From Thermodesulfobacteriota bacterium (GTDB lineage: Bacteria; Desulfobacterota; Desulfobulbia; Desulfobulbales; SURF-16), in the NCBI GenBank assembly GCA_039715015.1, contig JBDLIE010000061.1:1-15209 (forward strand): a stretch of 15,209 bases of DNA, read 5' to 3'. A program made the position numbers and the translations under genes. Shown here piece by piece: positions 1 through 8,250 of the stretch (position 1 is its first letter; every line of letters begins with the position of its first letter). The notes under the pieces were generated by a model. That model had not been told where the DNA came from and searched no databases. It was given only the letters and a program-made list of their open reading frames with translations.

Positions 1-78
1 GGTGTCTTGGATTTATGGTTTTGGTTGGCGCTTAAACCTTAAAACCAATTCACCGTTTTTCCTATCCTTCCACTAAAT

Positions 79-114
79 TCCGTGATGAACCTTTTTTTTT
101 GGGTTCATCACGGA
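79..114. repeat. Perfect 13-bp inverted repeat downstream of the selenoprotein gene (possible terminator/stabiliser or small palindromic element)
   Basis: tccgtgatgaacc (79-91), loop T9G, then ggttcatcacgga (102-114). Imperfect outer arms are ccttccac (66-73) and gtgggaagg (120-128). Confidence 0.7.
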
Positions 115-174
115 TCAGGGTGGGAAGGGCTGAGACCTGTATTGTCTTTCTTGCTTCGAATATCGTTTTTTTTG

Positions 175-1719
175 TTAGTGAATTTTTCCCTTCTTTACCT
201 GAAAGTCAAAATTGTCATCACGATCAGGTGCGTGGCAGTTCGTGCATAGACGTGGGTTTGGAATTTTGGAAGGGCTGTTTTGCTTGGGGTTTTCAGCATG
301 CATTTGGCCGGGCCCATGGCAGACCTCACAGCCAACCTCCAGCAGTCTGGTGGGTAAAGATGTGGCAAGATAAGCGGTTGTTTCGTCAAGACCAGTGACA
401 TGGCAATATACGCAGGTGAGATTGTTGTTTTGGTCGCGTTCCTGGAGTGTCTGATACGATGAGGCGTGAGGAGTTTTAGCCCAGGCTGTGTAGAGTTGCT
501 CATGGCAGCTCCGGCATTGCTGGCTGCCCAGGTATTGATCAAGTTTTTTCGTTTCAGCTGTCTGTCTGCGGACCTGATTTGCCTTTTTGCGTGATTCCTG
601 CAGCAGTTTAATCATGACCGCATCATCCGGGACTGAGGGGGGGAGGGGATGGAAATGGTTGCTGTGGGATGCCTTGGGAACAGAGTTTTTCTTCTCTTCG
701 GCGGTTATTTTTTTAAGTTCAACTTCCAGTTCCTGGTATCTCTTTAATTTCTTGGCAAAGTCTTTTTGCCTGGTTTCATTGTCCTTATAAACTTCTTTGG
801 GACCACCCTTTTTTTGTACCCTGTTTATCAACCACCCCAAACGATCATATTCTTTACGTAAGGCCAAAATGGGATGTTCTCCCTGTTGCCATTTTTTGGA
901 GGAAGTCCAGTTGACAGTGAGTTGCCCTTGGTATTTGCCGTCATGGCCAGACTGGCTAATGAGCGTGTTGTTGATCTGTTGAGGTCGAAGGTTTTGCTTG
1001 CTAACTCCAGACTGGAAGATGAGATGCACGTCGGAATGCTGTCTTGAAATCTCTTTGTTGTCAGCAGCGCTTAAGTTGGAAAGAAGGATAACAAGATCGC
1101 TTTTACCTGCGGCTCTTTTTAATAAGTCCGGTAACACGTCTTGCCACGCCAATATTTTCAGAGCATCAACGCCACTATCCGGGAGTTTTGCTTGACCGGT
1201 TAAACCAATCAAGGCAATGCGCATTCCTGCCCGCTTAAGATGGACAATCTCTTTGAAGAGGAGAGCGCCCTCCATATCAACAATGTTGGCGCTGAGGAAA
1301 GGAAAGGATGCCTCATGGGCCAATGTTTGTAGGGCCTGTGGCCCTGCTGCCAAGTCTTGTCTGCCAATGGCAACTGCATCATATTCCATATGATTATATG
1401 CCTGAACCAGGGCTGAAGCCGTGATGAGAGACTGTTGGATGCGCTGGGGTTGGCGGTAAAGTTTGTCGTCAAAAAAGAGGGTGCCTGCATCAATCTTCAG
1501 GTCGTTTTCTGGTGTGGCCAGGCTTTGGAGCAGTGATGATTTCTTGGACAGACCGCCCAATTGACCAGATTTTCAGCCACATGGCTCTGTCTGGCCACCA
1601 ATATCATTAGAGTAGAAAATGTTTAAGGGAGCGAAGCTAAAACAGGATAGAGGACTAAGAAGAAGGGTGGCAACGCAGATAAAAAAAGAAAAGAGAGCTG
1701 TGGTTTTGTTGGTCTTCAT
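175..1719 (-). CDS. Putative exported selenoprotein (Sec49 in C-G-U motif): UshA/5'-nucleotidase-like metallophosphoesterase-fold domain fused to a C-terminal tetraheme cytochrome c (c554-like), 514 aa
   Basis: Extending ORF 175..1560 upstream in frame gives MKTNKTTALFSFFICVATLLLSPLSCFSFAPLNIFYSNDIGGQTEPCG*KSGQLGGLSKK, with one TGA (1573-1575). The ATG at 1719 overlaps the rarA stop (TAATG). The extension supplies a signal peptide and the first phosphoesterase strand (IFYSND). Downstream motifs include DAG, YDAVAIG, FPFLSAN and IALIGLT. Four CxxCH motifs: CRSCH 502-516, CVYCH 400-414, CEVCH 316-330, CTNCH 232-246. Confidence 0.88.
1544..1575 (-). promoter_or_regulatory. Bacterial SECIS element (UGA plus downstream hairpin)
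   Basis: The mRNA reads UGA AAAUCUGGUCAA UUGGGC-GGUCU-GUCCAA. The stem has 6 bp (1544-1560, one G-U) and a GGUCU loop. GGUCUG lies 19-24 nt after the UGA, the same sequence and register as my recollection of the E. coli fdhF SECIS. Confidence 0.8.
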
Positions 1720-3068
1720 TAGTTGTTTTCCTTCTTTTTACGGCTGGCGAGGATGGTCCGCCATTTATCCAGCCGGTCTTTAATTATCTTCTCAAGGCCC
1801 CTGTCGGTAGGGTTGTAATAACTCTGGCCAGATAGTTTCTCTGGCAAATGGTCTTGCTCTACAAGGGCCAAAGGGTCATCGTGGGCATACTGATAGCCTT
1901 TTCCATAGCCGAGATCTTTCATGAGTTTGGTTGGCGCATTACGGATGTGGTGTGGGACTGGTAAACTGCCAGTTTTGGCGATGTCTTGCCGTACCTTCTT
2001 GTATGCCATGTAGACGGCATTACTTTTTGGCGCTGTGGCAAGGTATAATACGGCCTGGGCAAGGGCAAGTTCTCCTTCGGGTGAGCCCAGCATTTGATAG
2101 CTGTCCCGGGCCATGATGGCCACCTGCAAGGCAGTGGGGTCGGCATTGCCGATATCCTCAGTGGCAAAGCGGATCATTCTGCGTGCGGCGTAAAGGGGCT
2201 CTTCTCCGGCCTCAAGCATTCTACACAGCCAATAGAGGGCTCCGTCAGGATCACTGTCACGCAGGCTCTTATGGAGGGCCGAGATTTGATTGTAATGCTC
2301 CTCGCCATTTTTGTCATACTGTAAACTTTTTCTGCTAAAGCATTCAGCGACAATTTCCCGGGTGACCGTTTGGGGGCCACAATCACTATCATTGACTAGG
2401 GACGAGGCAATTTCAAGACTGTTTAAAAGGCGCCGGGCATCACCATCTGCCAGGGAGACAAGAGAAATAAGGGCATCTTCTGAAAAGGAGATGTTGCCCC
2501 TTTCCAGGCCATGGATGGGATGGGTTAAGGCACGCTTTGCAATTGCTAAAAGGTCGTCGTCAGTAAGGGCATTTAAGGTGAGAACACGGCACCGGGACAA
2601 AAGAGGGGCCACCACCTGGAAAGAGGGATTTTCAGTTGTGGCCCCGATTAAGGTTATCAGACCATTTTCGACATAGGGCAGGAAGCCGTCTTGTTGACTT
2701 TTGTTGAAACGGTGAATCTCATCAACAAAAAGAATGGTGGATTTTGATTGCCGTCTAAACTCTTCGGCCTGGCTGATGATCTTGCGGATTTCTTTGACGC
2801 CGGTAAGCACGGCAGAAAAGAAGATAAATTCAGAACTGGAGTTGCGGGCGAGCAGGCGGGCAAGGGTTGTCTTGCCGGTCCCTGGGGGTCCCCAGAGGAT
2901 AAGAGAGGGCATTTTTTGGGCGGCAAGAATGCGCTCTAAAAATTTGCCGGTGCCAAGAAGATGGTGCTGGCCAATAAATTCATTAAGGCTTTGCGGCCGT
3001 AATCTCTCAGCCAAAGGGCGAGTGTCGCTGAAGAGGCTTGCCGGTCCTGTCGTGATTGGTTGCGACAT
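1719..3068 (-). CDS. rarA: Replication-associated recombination protein A (AAA+ ATPase, MgsA/RarA)
   Basis: PLAERLRP, Walker A GPPGTGKTT, Walker B LFVDEIHRFNKSQQD, GATTENPSF, ISALHKSLR, EDIGNADP and HIRNAPTKLMK motifs. Confidence 0.97.
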   Translation of the reverse strand: MSQPITTGPASLFSDTRPLAERLRPQSLNEFIGQHHLLGTGKFLERILAAQKMPSLILWGPPGTGKTTLARLLARNSSSEFIFFSAVLTGVKEIRKIISQAEEFRRQSKSTILFVDEIHRFNKSQQDGFLPYVENGLITLIGATTENPSFQVVAPLLSRCRVLTLNALTDDDLLAIAKRALTHPIHGLERGNISFSEDALISLVSLADGDARRLLNSLEIASSLVNDSDCGPQTVTREIVAECFSRKSLQYDKNGEEHYNQISALHKSLRDSDPDGALYWLCRMLEAGEEPLYAARRMIRFATEDIGNADPTALQVAIMARDSYQMLGSPEGELALAQAVLYLATAPKSNAVYMAYKKVRQDIAKTGSLPVPHHIRNAPTKLMKDLGYGKGYQYAHDDPLALVEQDHLPEKLSGQSYYNPTDRGLEKIIKDRLDKWRTILASRKKKENN

Positions 3069-3072
3069 GTCC

Positions 3073-3861
3073 TTAAGAGGGTTCGATGATATGCTCAGCC
3101 AGACGTTCGGCAGTAAAGACCAGGGATTCGATGTCGAGAAAAGTAAGCACGTTTTTTGTAAACAGAATTTTCACCTTTGCATCAAATCCGTCCTCAGGTT
3201 CTTCATCCCAGAAGAAAAGCTGTTGGGGAATTTTAGGCAAAACAGCCATTGTTAAAGCTGCTGAGGCTGTGGTGCCATGCAGTGGTTTACCCCCCCAAGG
3301 CTCACAGAGATAGAAAATCTCATTTTGCGATCGACCTTGAAAAAAAGTGGCCAGTTTATCCTCGCAATAGGTGGCAAGGGTTCTGACCTTGGAAATACTG
3401 TTTGGTAAACTTTCCAAGCCTATCCATTCATCTGAAGGGAGATCAGCGCCGTGGAAATGGATATAGTTATAAAGGAGGATTTGGTCCCGGGGATCTTCAG
3501 GTGGATTGTTGTTGATGAGCAATTGGTCCTTGCTCACCGTTACTTCTTGACCCAGGTAATAAAAACAGAGCCGACCGTTTGTAAAGGTGGCACCTAAGGT
3601 TTGAGCCATGTTCTCGAAATCGAGAGGGGCGAGCTTGCCTTTAAGGTGCCTGATAAGCTCTAGATCACGCTCCTGAGCAAGCTGATCAAGGGCTAAGCTG
3701 TGGCCCGTGTCAAGTTTAAGGCCGCTGAGGTCAATATAGGGGCATTTCCTCGGGTCTTCACCACTTTTGGCAACATGAGCAGCAAATGCAAGGCAGGCAG
3801 GGTGGCCACACTCTCCACAATTGTTTTTAGGAACTCTCTTGAGAATCTCGTGGGGGTCCAT
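3073..3861 (-). CDS. N-terminal FeS-domain (CxxCx4C...CP) protein with a DUF3786-like C-terminal domain
   Basis: NNCGECGHPACLAFAA...CPY resembles the RnfB/AcsC-type N-terminal 4Fe-4S motif. QILLYNY, LPKIP..FFWD and LDIES resemble DUF3786. Confidence 0.8.
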   Translation of the reverse strand: MDPHEILKRVPKNNCGECGHPACLAFAAHVAKSGEDPRKCPYIDLSGLKLDTGHSLALDQLAQERDLELIRHLKGKLAPLDFENMAQTLGATFTNGRLCFYYLGQEVTVSKDQLLINNNPPEDPRDQILLYNYIHFHGADLPSDEWIGLESLPNSISKVRTLATYCEDKLATFFQGRSQNEIFYLCEPWGGKPLHGTTASAALTMAVLPKIPQQLFFWDEEPEDGFDAKVKILFTKNVLTFLDIESLVFTAERLAEHIIEPS

Positions 3862-3865
3862 ATTT

Positions 3866-4132
3866 CTAGATGATCATTTTCAGATTGGGATGACTCTGGA
3901 GCTTCTTGAAGATCAGGTTCCGCATATCCTCAGAGTCCACCATTATCTCAAGATTTATGGAAAGATATTTACCCTTACTACTTGATTTGGATTCAGAGAT
4001 GGAATGTTCCATTTCTCCAATGACAGAGCTGATTGCCTCAAGGATTTCATGCTTTGCTGTACCAATAACTTTGTATTGCCAGAGGCATGGATAATCTATT
4101 TCAGGCTTTTTGTTCGTGAGACAGGAACTCAT
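3866..4132 (-). CDS. DUF493 / YbeD / HP0495-family ACT-like protein
   Basis: IDYPCLWQYKVIG and SSKGKYLSINLEI motifs; 88 aa. Confidence 0.9.
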   Translation of the reverse strand: MSSCLTNKKPEIDYPCLWQYKVIGTAKHEILEAISSVIGEMEHSISESKSSSKGKYLSINLEIMVDSEDMRNLIFKKLQSHPNLKMII

Positions 4133-4310
4133 GATAAATCAACTGTTGAAGGTTTGGTTTCTCAAGCTATGAGAACTTTTAGAAGGAATTGGTTCCTTGG
4201 GACTGGGAAATATACTTTGTTTAGAAGGAACTTTAAAGCAGATAGTGGAAAGCAGGGTGGGGGAAAATCAGAGAATAAGGGCCGGAATTTTATCAGCTAA
4301 AAAGATATTA

Positions 4311-4637
4311 TTATTTTGAGGTGAACTGTTGAAGTTCATTAATTGCGTTTATAAGGTCGTCATACCCCGAGGAAATTTCTTCATGGCGTTCCTCTTTGAC
4401 AATGTCGCCCCAGTTTGTAGCGGCATTTTCGAGTTTTTCTGCGGTGATGGTGCCTGCAGCGCCACGGATTCTATGGCAAACCTTTCTTATTGTTTCAATG
4501 TCATTTGAGTGTAAGGCTTCTTCCGCCTCTTCAATCCATTCAGGAATACGTTTTTTGAGGGCATCAACAAGCATCTCGACCTTATCGGTGTTACCGAGAA
4601 ACATCTCTTCGAGTTTTTTGTAATTAATGATATGCAT
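4311..4637 (-). CDS. Stand-alone Hpt (histidine phosphotransfer) domain protein
   Basis: Helical 108-aa protein with IRKVCHRIRGAAGTITA, matching the Hpt H-x-x-K/R-G motif. Confidence 0.85.
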   Translation of the reverse strand: MHIINYKKLEEMFLGNTDKVEMLVDALKKRIPEWIEEAEEALHSNDIETIRKVCHRIRGAAGTITAEKLENAATNWGDIVKEERHEEISSGYDDLINAINELQQFTSK

Positions 4638-4724
4638 CGTAGCCCTACGTTTGGTGTTTGAAAATATGAGCTGATCTAAAGGCAGTTTTACACTAAGTTT
4701 TAGTAATATATTAAACAGAATACA

Positions 4725-4784
4725 AAGAAAAGCTCATTTGCTTCAAGAATTAATATGGGGATGCCAGGTAGGTGAGCTTTTCTT
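4725..4784 (-). terminator. Long-loop inverted repeat, possible terminator of the 206-aa gene
   Basis: aagaaaagctca (4725-4736) and tgagcttttctt (4773-4784) form a perfect 12-bp IR. On the minus strand the 3' arm ends in UUUUCUUUGU. Confidence 0.45.
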
Positions 4785-4823
4785 GTGAGAAGGACGAGAG
4801 AGGAGGGTGAAGATTTTGATCTC

Positions 4824-5444
4824 TTAAGTTTTTAACCTGCTTCCTCTAAAAAGGATTGAAAATCCATCTATATATTCTCTGTTAAGGGCAAGGAAAGGAA
4901 AAAATTTAGTCCCTTTATTTTTGGTTGAGCCAGGAGCTCCATCAAGACGTTTTATAAGTACGTTGGTCATGGGGATAAATGGATGTTTGGCAAGACAGGC
5001 ATTGAAATTATAGACATGGCAATTGATATGGTAGGCCGGGGTGCCGGATGACTTTGTTATAATATCTACGCCGTCAGGGGTAAGTCGATGGTGATCTGGG
5101 TGGTTACTGTGTTTGTTGGTGCCCATCCGCTGGTATTCGTCATGGGCAAAGATGACACCTTGCAAATCAAGAAAGAAATTCTTGTAATGAAGGATCTGTT
5201 TGTCCGCAATGATGATCTCAGCATTGCGGATTTCCCGAAAGCCAGCGTAGGTTGGCATATAATTGTCAACGAGCTGCTTTTTGGGAGGATTGTTGAGCCA
5301 GGAAATTGTTCTTCTTTCCCGGCATTCTTCTTGAGAAAGGGAGAAACGGATAGCTTTTGTGGGCATTTGTAGCACAACTACCCAGCTTTCATTCTCCTTG
5401 CCACCATCAGGGGCAAGCTGTTTTGTTTGCGAAATGTTCTCCAT
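4824..5444 (-). CDS. Hypothetical protein, possibly two tandem DUF6812-like beta domains
   Basis: 206-aa ORF co-oriented with its neighbours. It contains FIPMTNV...FLALNREYI in the second half and a similar FREIRNA...FFLDLQGVI pattern in the first. Confidence 0.6.
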   Translation of the reverse strand: MENISQTKQLAPDGGKENESWVVVLQMPTKAIRFSLSQEECRERRTISWLNNPPKKQLVDNYMPTYAGFREIRNAEIIIADKQILHYKNFFLDLQGVIFAHDEYQRMGTNKHSNHPDHHRLTPDGVDIITKSSGTPAYHINCHVYNFNACLAKHPFIPMTNVLIKRLDGAPGSTKNKGTKFFPFLALNREYIDGFSILFRGSRLKT

Positions 5445-5515
5445 AGCTCTTAAAAACTATAAAACGTTGTTAATGCCGCTCTGAGCGCATGAGTATATCG
5501 GTAATAAAAAGCAGT

Positions 5516-5710
5516 TTAGGAACTGCCACACCCCTGTGAGTTTGCAAAGTTGGTATCTAAAAACTGACACTCCTTGGGTGATAGATCAAAGCGGATCTCA
5601 GCCTCTCTGAGGGCATCGATCCTATTCTTCTCAGGATTTTTCTGGAGCGTTTCTGACAGCCATTGAAGAACTTTTTTCATCTTATCTTTATTAATTGCCG
5701 CGCAAGCCAT
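5516..5710 (-). CDS. Small helical hypothetical protein (alternative start at 5680)
   Basis: Starts 18 nt after the glgB stop. KKVLQWLSE...EAEIRFDLSPKECQFL resembles small conserved Desulfobacterota proteins (from memory). Confidence 0.7.
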   Translation of the reverse strand: MACAAINKDKMKKVLQWLSETLQKNPEKNRIDALREAEIRFDLSPKECQFLDTNFANSQGCGSS

Positions 5711-5728
5711 AATAAGTCGGTTTTACAA

Positions 5729-7930
5729 TCAGTCTCTTACGGGTTTAAAGACTATCCCTGCCAGCGGTGGAACAGAGACAAGAATATGTTGTTCAGCCTC
5801 GCCATAAGGTTCCGTAACAGGAACTTTAACATCTGGATTGGTCATATTGCTGCCACCAAAGGTAGCATTGTCAGAACAGAGGGCCTCTTGATAAGCAACA
5901 TTTTCTGGAACGCCTAGCTTGTAGTCATAGGCAATTTCAGGAGTCATATTCAAAAGGCATACAACATGGTCTTTGGGGTCATTGCCAAAACGGGCAAAGG
6001 AAATAATAGAGCGATTTACATCCTTGAAATCCATCCAGCGAAAACCATCATAGGAGAAATCTTTTTCCCACAGCGATGGAGATGACGTATAAAATTTATT
6101 CAGCTCTTTAACGAAATTTTGGAGCTGGCTATGTGCCTCTTCCTGTTCTGCCAGGTGCCAATCCAGGCTTACCTTACAGAACCATTCCGAGATTTGGCCA
6201 AACTCACCGCCCATGAAAAGAAGTTTTTTGCCGGGGTGAGTCCATAGGAAGAGAAAGAGCAGGCGCAGGTTGGCAAATTGCTGCCAACGATCACCCGGCA
6301 TTTTTGACAATAGGGACTGTTTGCCATGCACCACCTCATCGTGTGAGAGTGGCAGAATGAAGTTCTCTGAAAAGGCGTAGAGCAAGGAAAAGGTGAGGGC
6401 GTTATGGTGATATTTTCGATAGAGGGGGTCTTTGCTGAAATAGCTGAGCATATCGTTCATCCAGCCCATATTCCATTTAAAACCAAAACCCAGACCACCA
6501 CTGTCTGCTGGCTTGGAAACGCCGTAGAAGCTTGTTGACTCCTCGGCAATCATAGCTACATCAGGGTGGCGTTGGTAAATAATGGAGTTGAGGTGACGAA
6601 TAAACTCTATGGCTTCTATATTTTCTTTGCCGCCATACTGATTAGGAACCCAATCCCCTTCAGTACGGCCATAGTCGAGGTAGAGCATAGATGCGACGGC
6701 ATCAACTCTTAATGCGTCAATATGGAATTTTTCAAACCAGAACAAGGCGCTGGCAATGAGGAAGTTTTCAACCTCTTTGCGGCCATAATTAAAAATTAAT
6801 GTTTTCCAGTCTGGATGTTCTCCTTGGCGTGGATCATCATGTTCATAAAGGGCTGTACCGTCAAAACGTCCAAGGCTGTGACCATCTGAAGGAAAGTGGG
6901 ATGGGACCCAGTCCAGAATGATGCCAATGTTGTTTTTATGGCATTGGTCAACAAAATACATGAGATCCTGAGGCGTGCCCATCCTGCTTGTTGCGGCAAA
7001 ATAGCCGGTTACCTGATAGCCCCAGGATTCATCGTAAGGATGTTCTGTTATGGGCAAGAGTTCTATGTGGGTAAAGCCCATTTTTTTGACGTAGGGGATA
7101 AGATGTTCAGCCAGTTCTCGGTAGCTTAAGAAGCGTTGCGGGTTGGCTGGGTCTCGTTGCCATGAGCTCAAATGCACCTCGTAGATAGAGACAGGAGATT
7201 CGTAAAGTGGAGTTGTTGCTCTCTTGTTAAGCCATGATTCATCGCTCCAATTGTAGCCTTCAATGTCCCAGATGACAGAGGCTGTTTTGGGTCGCACTTC
7301 AGAAAAGAACTGAAATGGGTCAGCCTTTTCAATAATTTCACCATGGGCGCCACGGATTTCGAATTTGTAAATCTCGCCCTTGCCAATGCCAGGGATGAAC
7401 AACTCCCAAATGCCAGACTCTTCTAGGGCCCGCATTTGATGAACTCTGCCGTCCCAATAATTAAAGTCTCCGATGACACTAACCCTACGGGCCGACGGGG
7501 CCCATATCCGGAAAATTGTACCTTCTACTTCATCTATGTTTGCCAGGTGCGCACCTAGCTTGTTGTAAATTTCGTAATGGGTGCCGTTTTTGAAGAGATG
7601 CCAGTCATACTCGGTGAGTTGGGGAGCGAAACGATAAGGATCATGGAAGGATCGAATAACATTATTGTGACAGGTTGCCTCAAAATAATATGAAAAAGGT
7701 TCCTTGTAGTCAGGGTAGACAATTTCAAAGAGGCCCTCTTCACGCATTTTATACATGTCGTGTTTTTTGTCGCCAACCACAATCCGGACAGATTCTGCCA
7801 GAGGAAGAAAGGTCCGGATTACCGCAGTATTCGGGTCGTGTTCAAGAACATGCAAACCCAAAACAAGGGAGGGGTCGTGGTGGTCTGAAGCAATTACTCT
7901 GTCAAGTTCTGTGGTGACGTCAAAGCTCAT
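5729..7930 (-). CDS. glgB: 1,4-alpha-glucan branching enzyme (GH13)
   Basis: IYEVHLSSW, ESWGYQVTGYFA, ILDWVPSHF, LRVDAVASMLY, AEEST and LSHDEVVHGK motifs. The start is placed at MSFDV (7930); the ORF extends to 8002. Confidence 0.97.
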   Translation of the reverse strand: MSFDVTTELDRVIASDHHDPSLVLGLHVLEHDPNTAVIRTFLPLAESVRIVVGDKKHDMYKMREEGLFEIVYPDYKEPFSYYFEATCHNNVIRSFHDPYRFAPQLTEYDWHLFKNGTHYEIYNKLGAHLANIDEVEGTIFRIWAPSARRVSVIGDFNYWDGRVHQMRALEESGIWELFIPGIGKGEIYKFEIRGAHGEIIEKADPFQFFSEVRPKTASVIWDIEGYNWSDESWLNKRATTPLYESPVSIYEVHLSSWQRDPANPQRFLSYRELAEHLIPYVKKMGFTHIELLPITEHPYDESWGYQVTGYFAATSRMGTPQDLMYFVDQCHKNNIGIILDWVPSHFPSDGHSLGRFDGTALYEHDDPRQGEHPDWKTLIFNYGRKEVENFLIASALFWFEKFHIDALRVDAVASMLYLDYGRTEGDWVPNQYGGKENIEAIEFIRHLNSIIYQRHPDVAMIAEESTSFYGVSKPADSGGLGFGFKWNMGWMNDMLSYFSKDPLYRKYHHNALTFSLLYAFSENFILPLSHDEVVHGKQSLLSKMPGDRWQQFANLRLLFLFLWTHPGKKLLFMGGEFGQISEWFCKVSLDWHLAEQEEAHSQLQNFVKELNKFYTSSPSLWEKDFSYDGFRWMDFKDVNRSIISFARFGNDPKDHVVCLLNMTPEIAYDYKLGVPENVAYQEALCSDNATFGGSNMTNPDVKVPVTEPYGEAEQHILVSVPPLAGIVFKPVRD

Positions 7931-8250
7931 ATTCTTATCTTGTGAAGGGGGAGGGTTTGTAAAATGTTCCAATTTGTCGTTGAACTCCAGGCTGAATGCC
8001 ATTGCTTTATGGGCAGGAATGGCACTGGGCTAATGAAGTTGTAAGTTGTGGTAATTACGAATTATTTTAAGGCCTTAATGAGGAGTGATGAAGGTCCTTT
8101 TTACTCACATCGTAAATAGATAAAAATTATTTAACTAGAGTAACTAATTACGACAAAAACAATAGCATATTTTTTGCTTGAATATCTAATTAAATTTACA
8201 GGTTGAGTATTTGCCGGAGGGTATGGAGAGGCCGAAAAGATAAGGTTGTC

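Noticed and set aside
1558..1560. TTG start of the 461-aa ORF
   Set aside because: It starts mid-domain without the signal peptide that a c-type cytochrome needs; it is an artefact of treating the UGA as a stop.
1573..1575. Nonsense mutation (pseudogene) explanation of the TGA
   Set aside because: The CG-UGA context, the correctly placed SECIS-like hairpin and the otherwise intact frame favour Sec. This is not fully excluded without seeing sel genes.
7931..8002. 24-aa N-terminal extension of GlgB
   Set aside because: It does not resemble GlgB; MSFDV at 7930 gives a typical length. The start remains uncertain.
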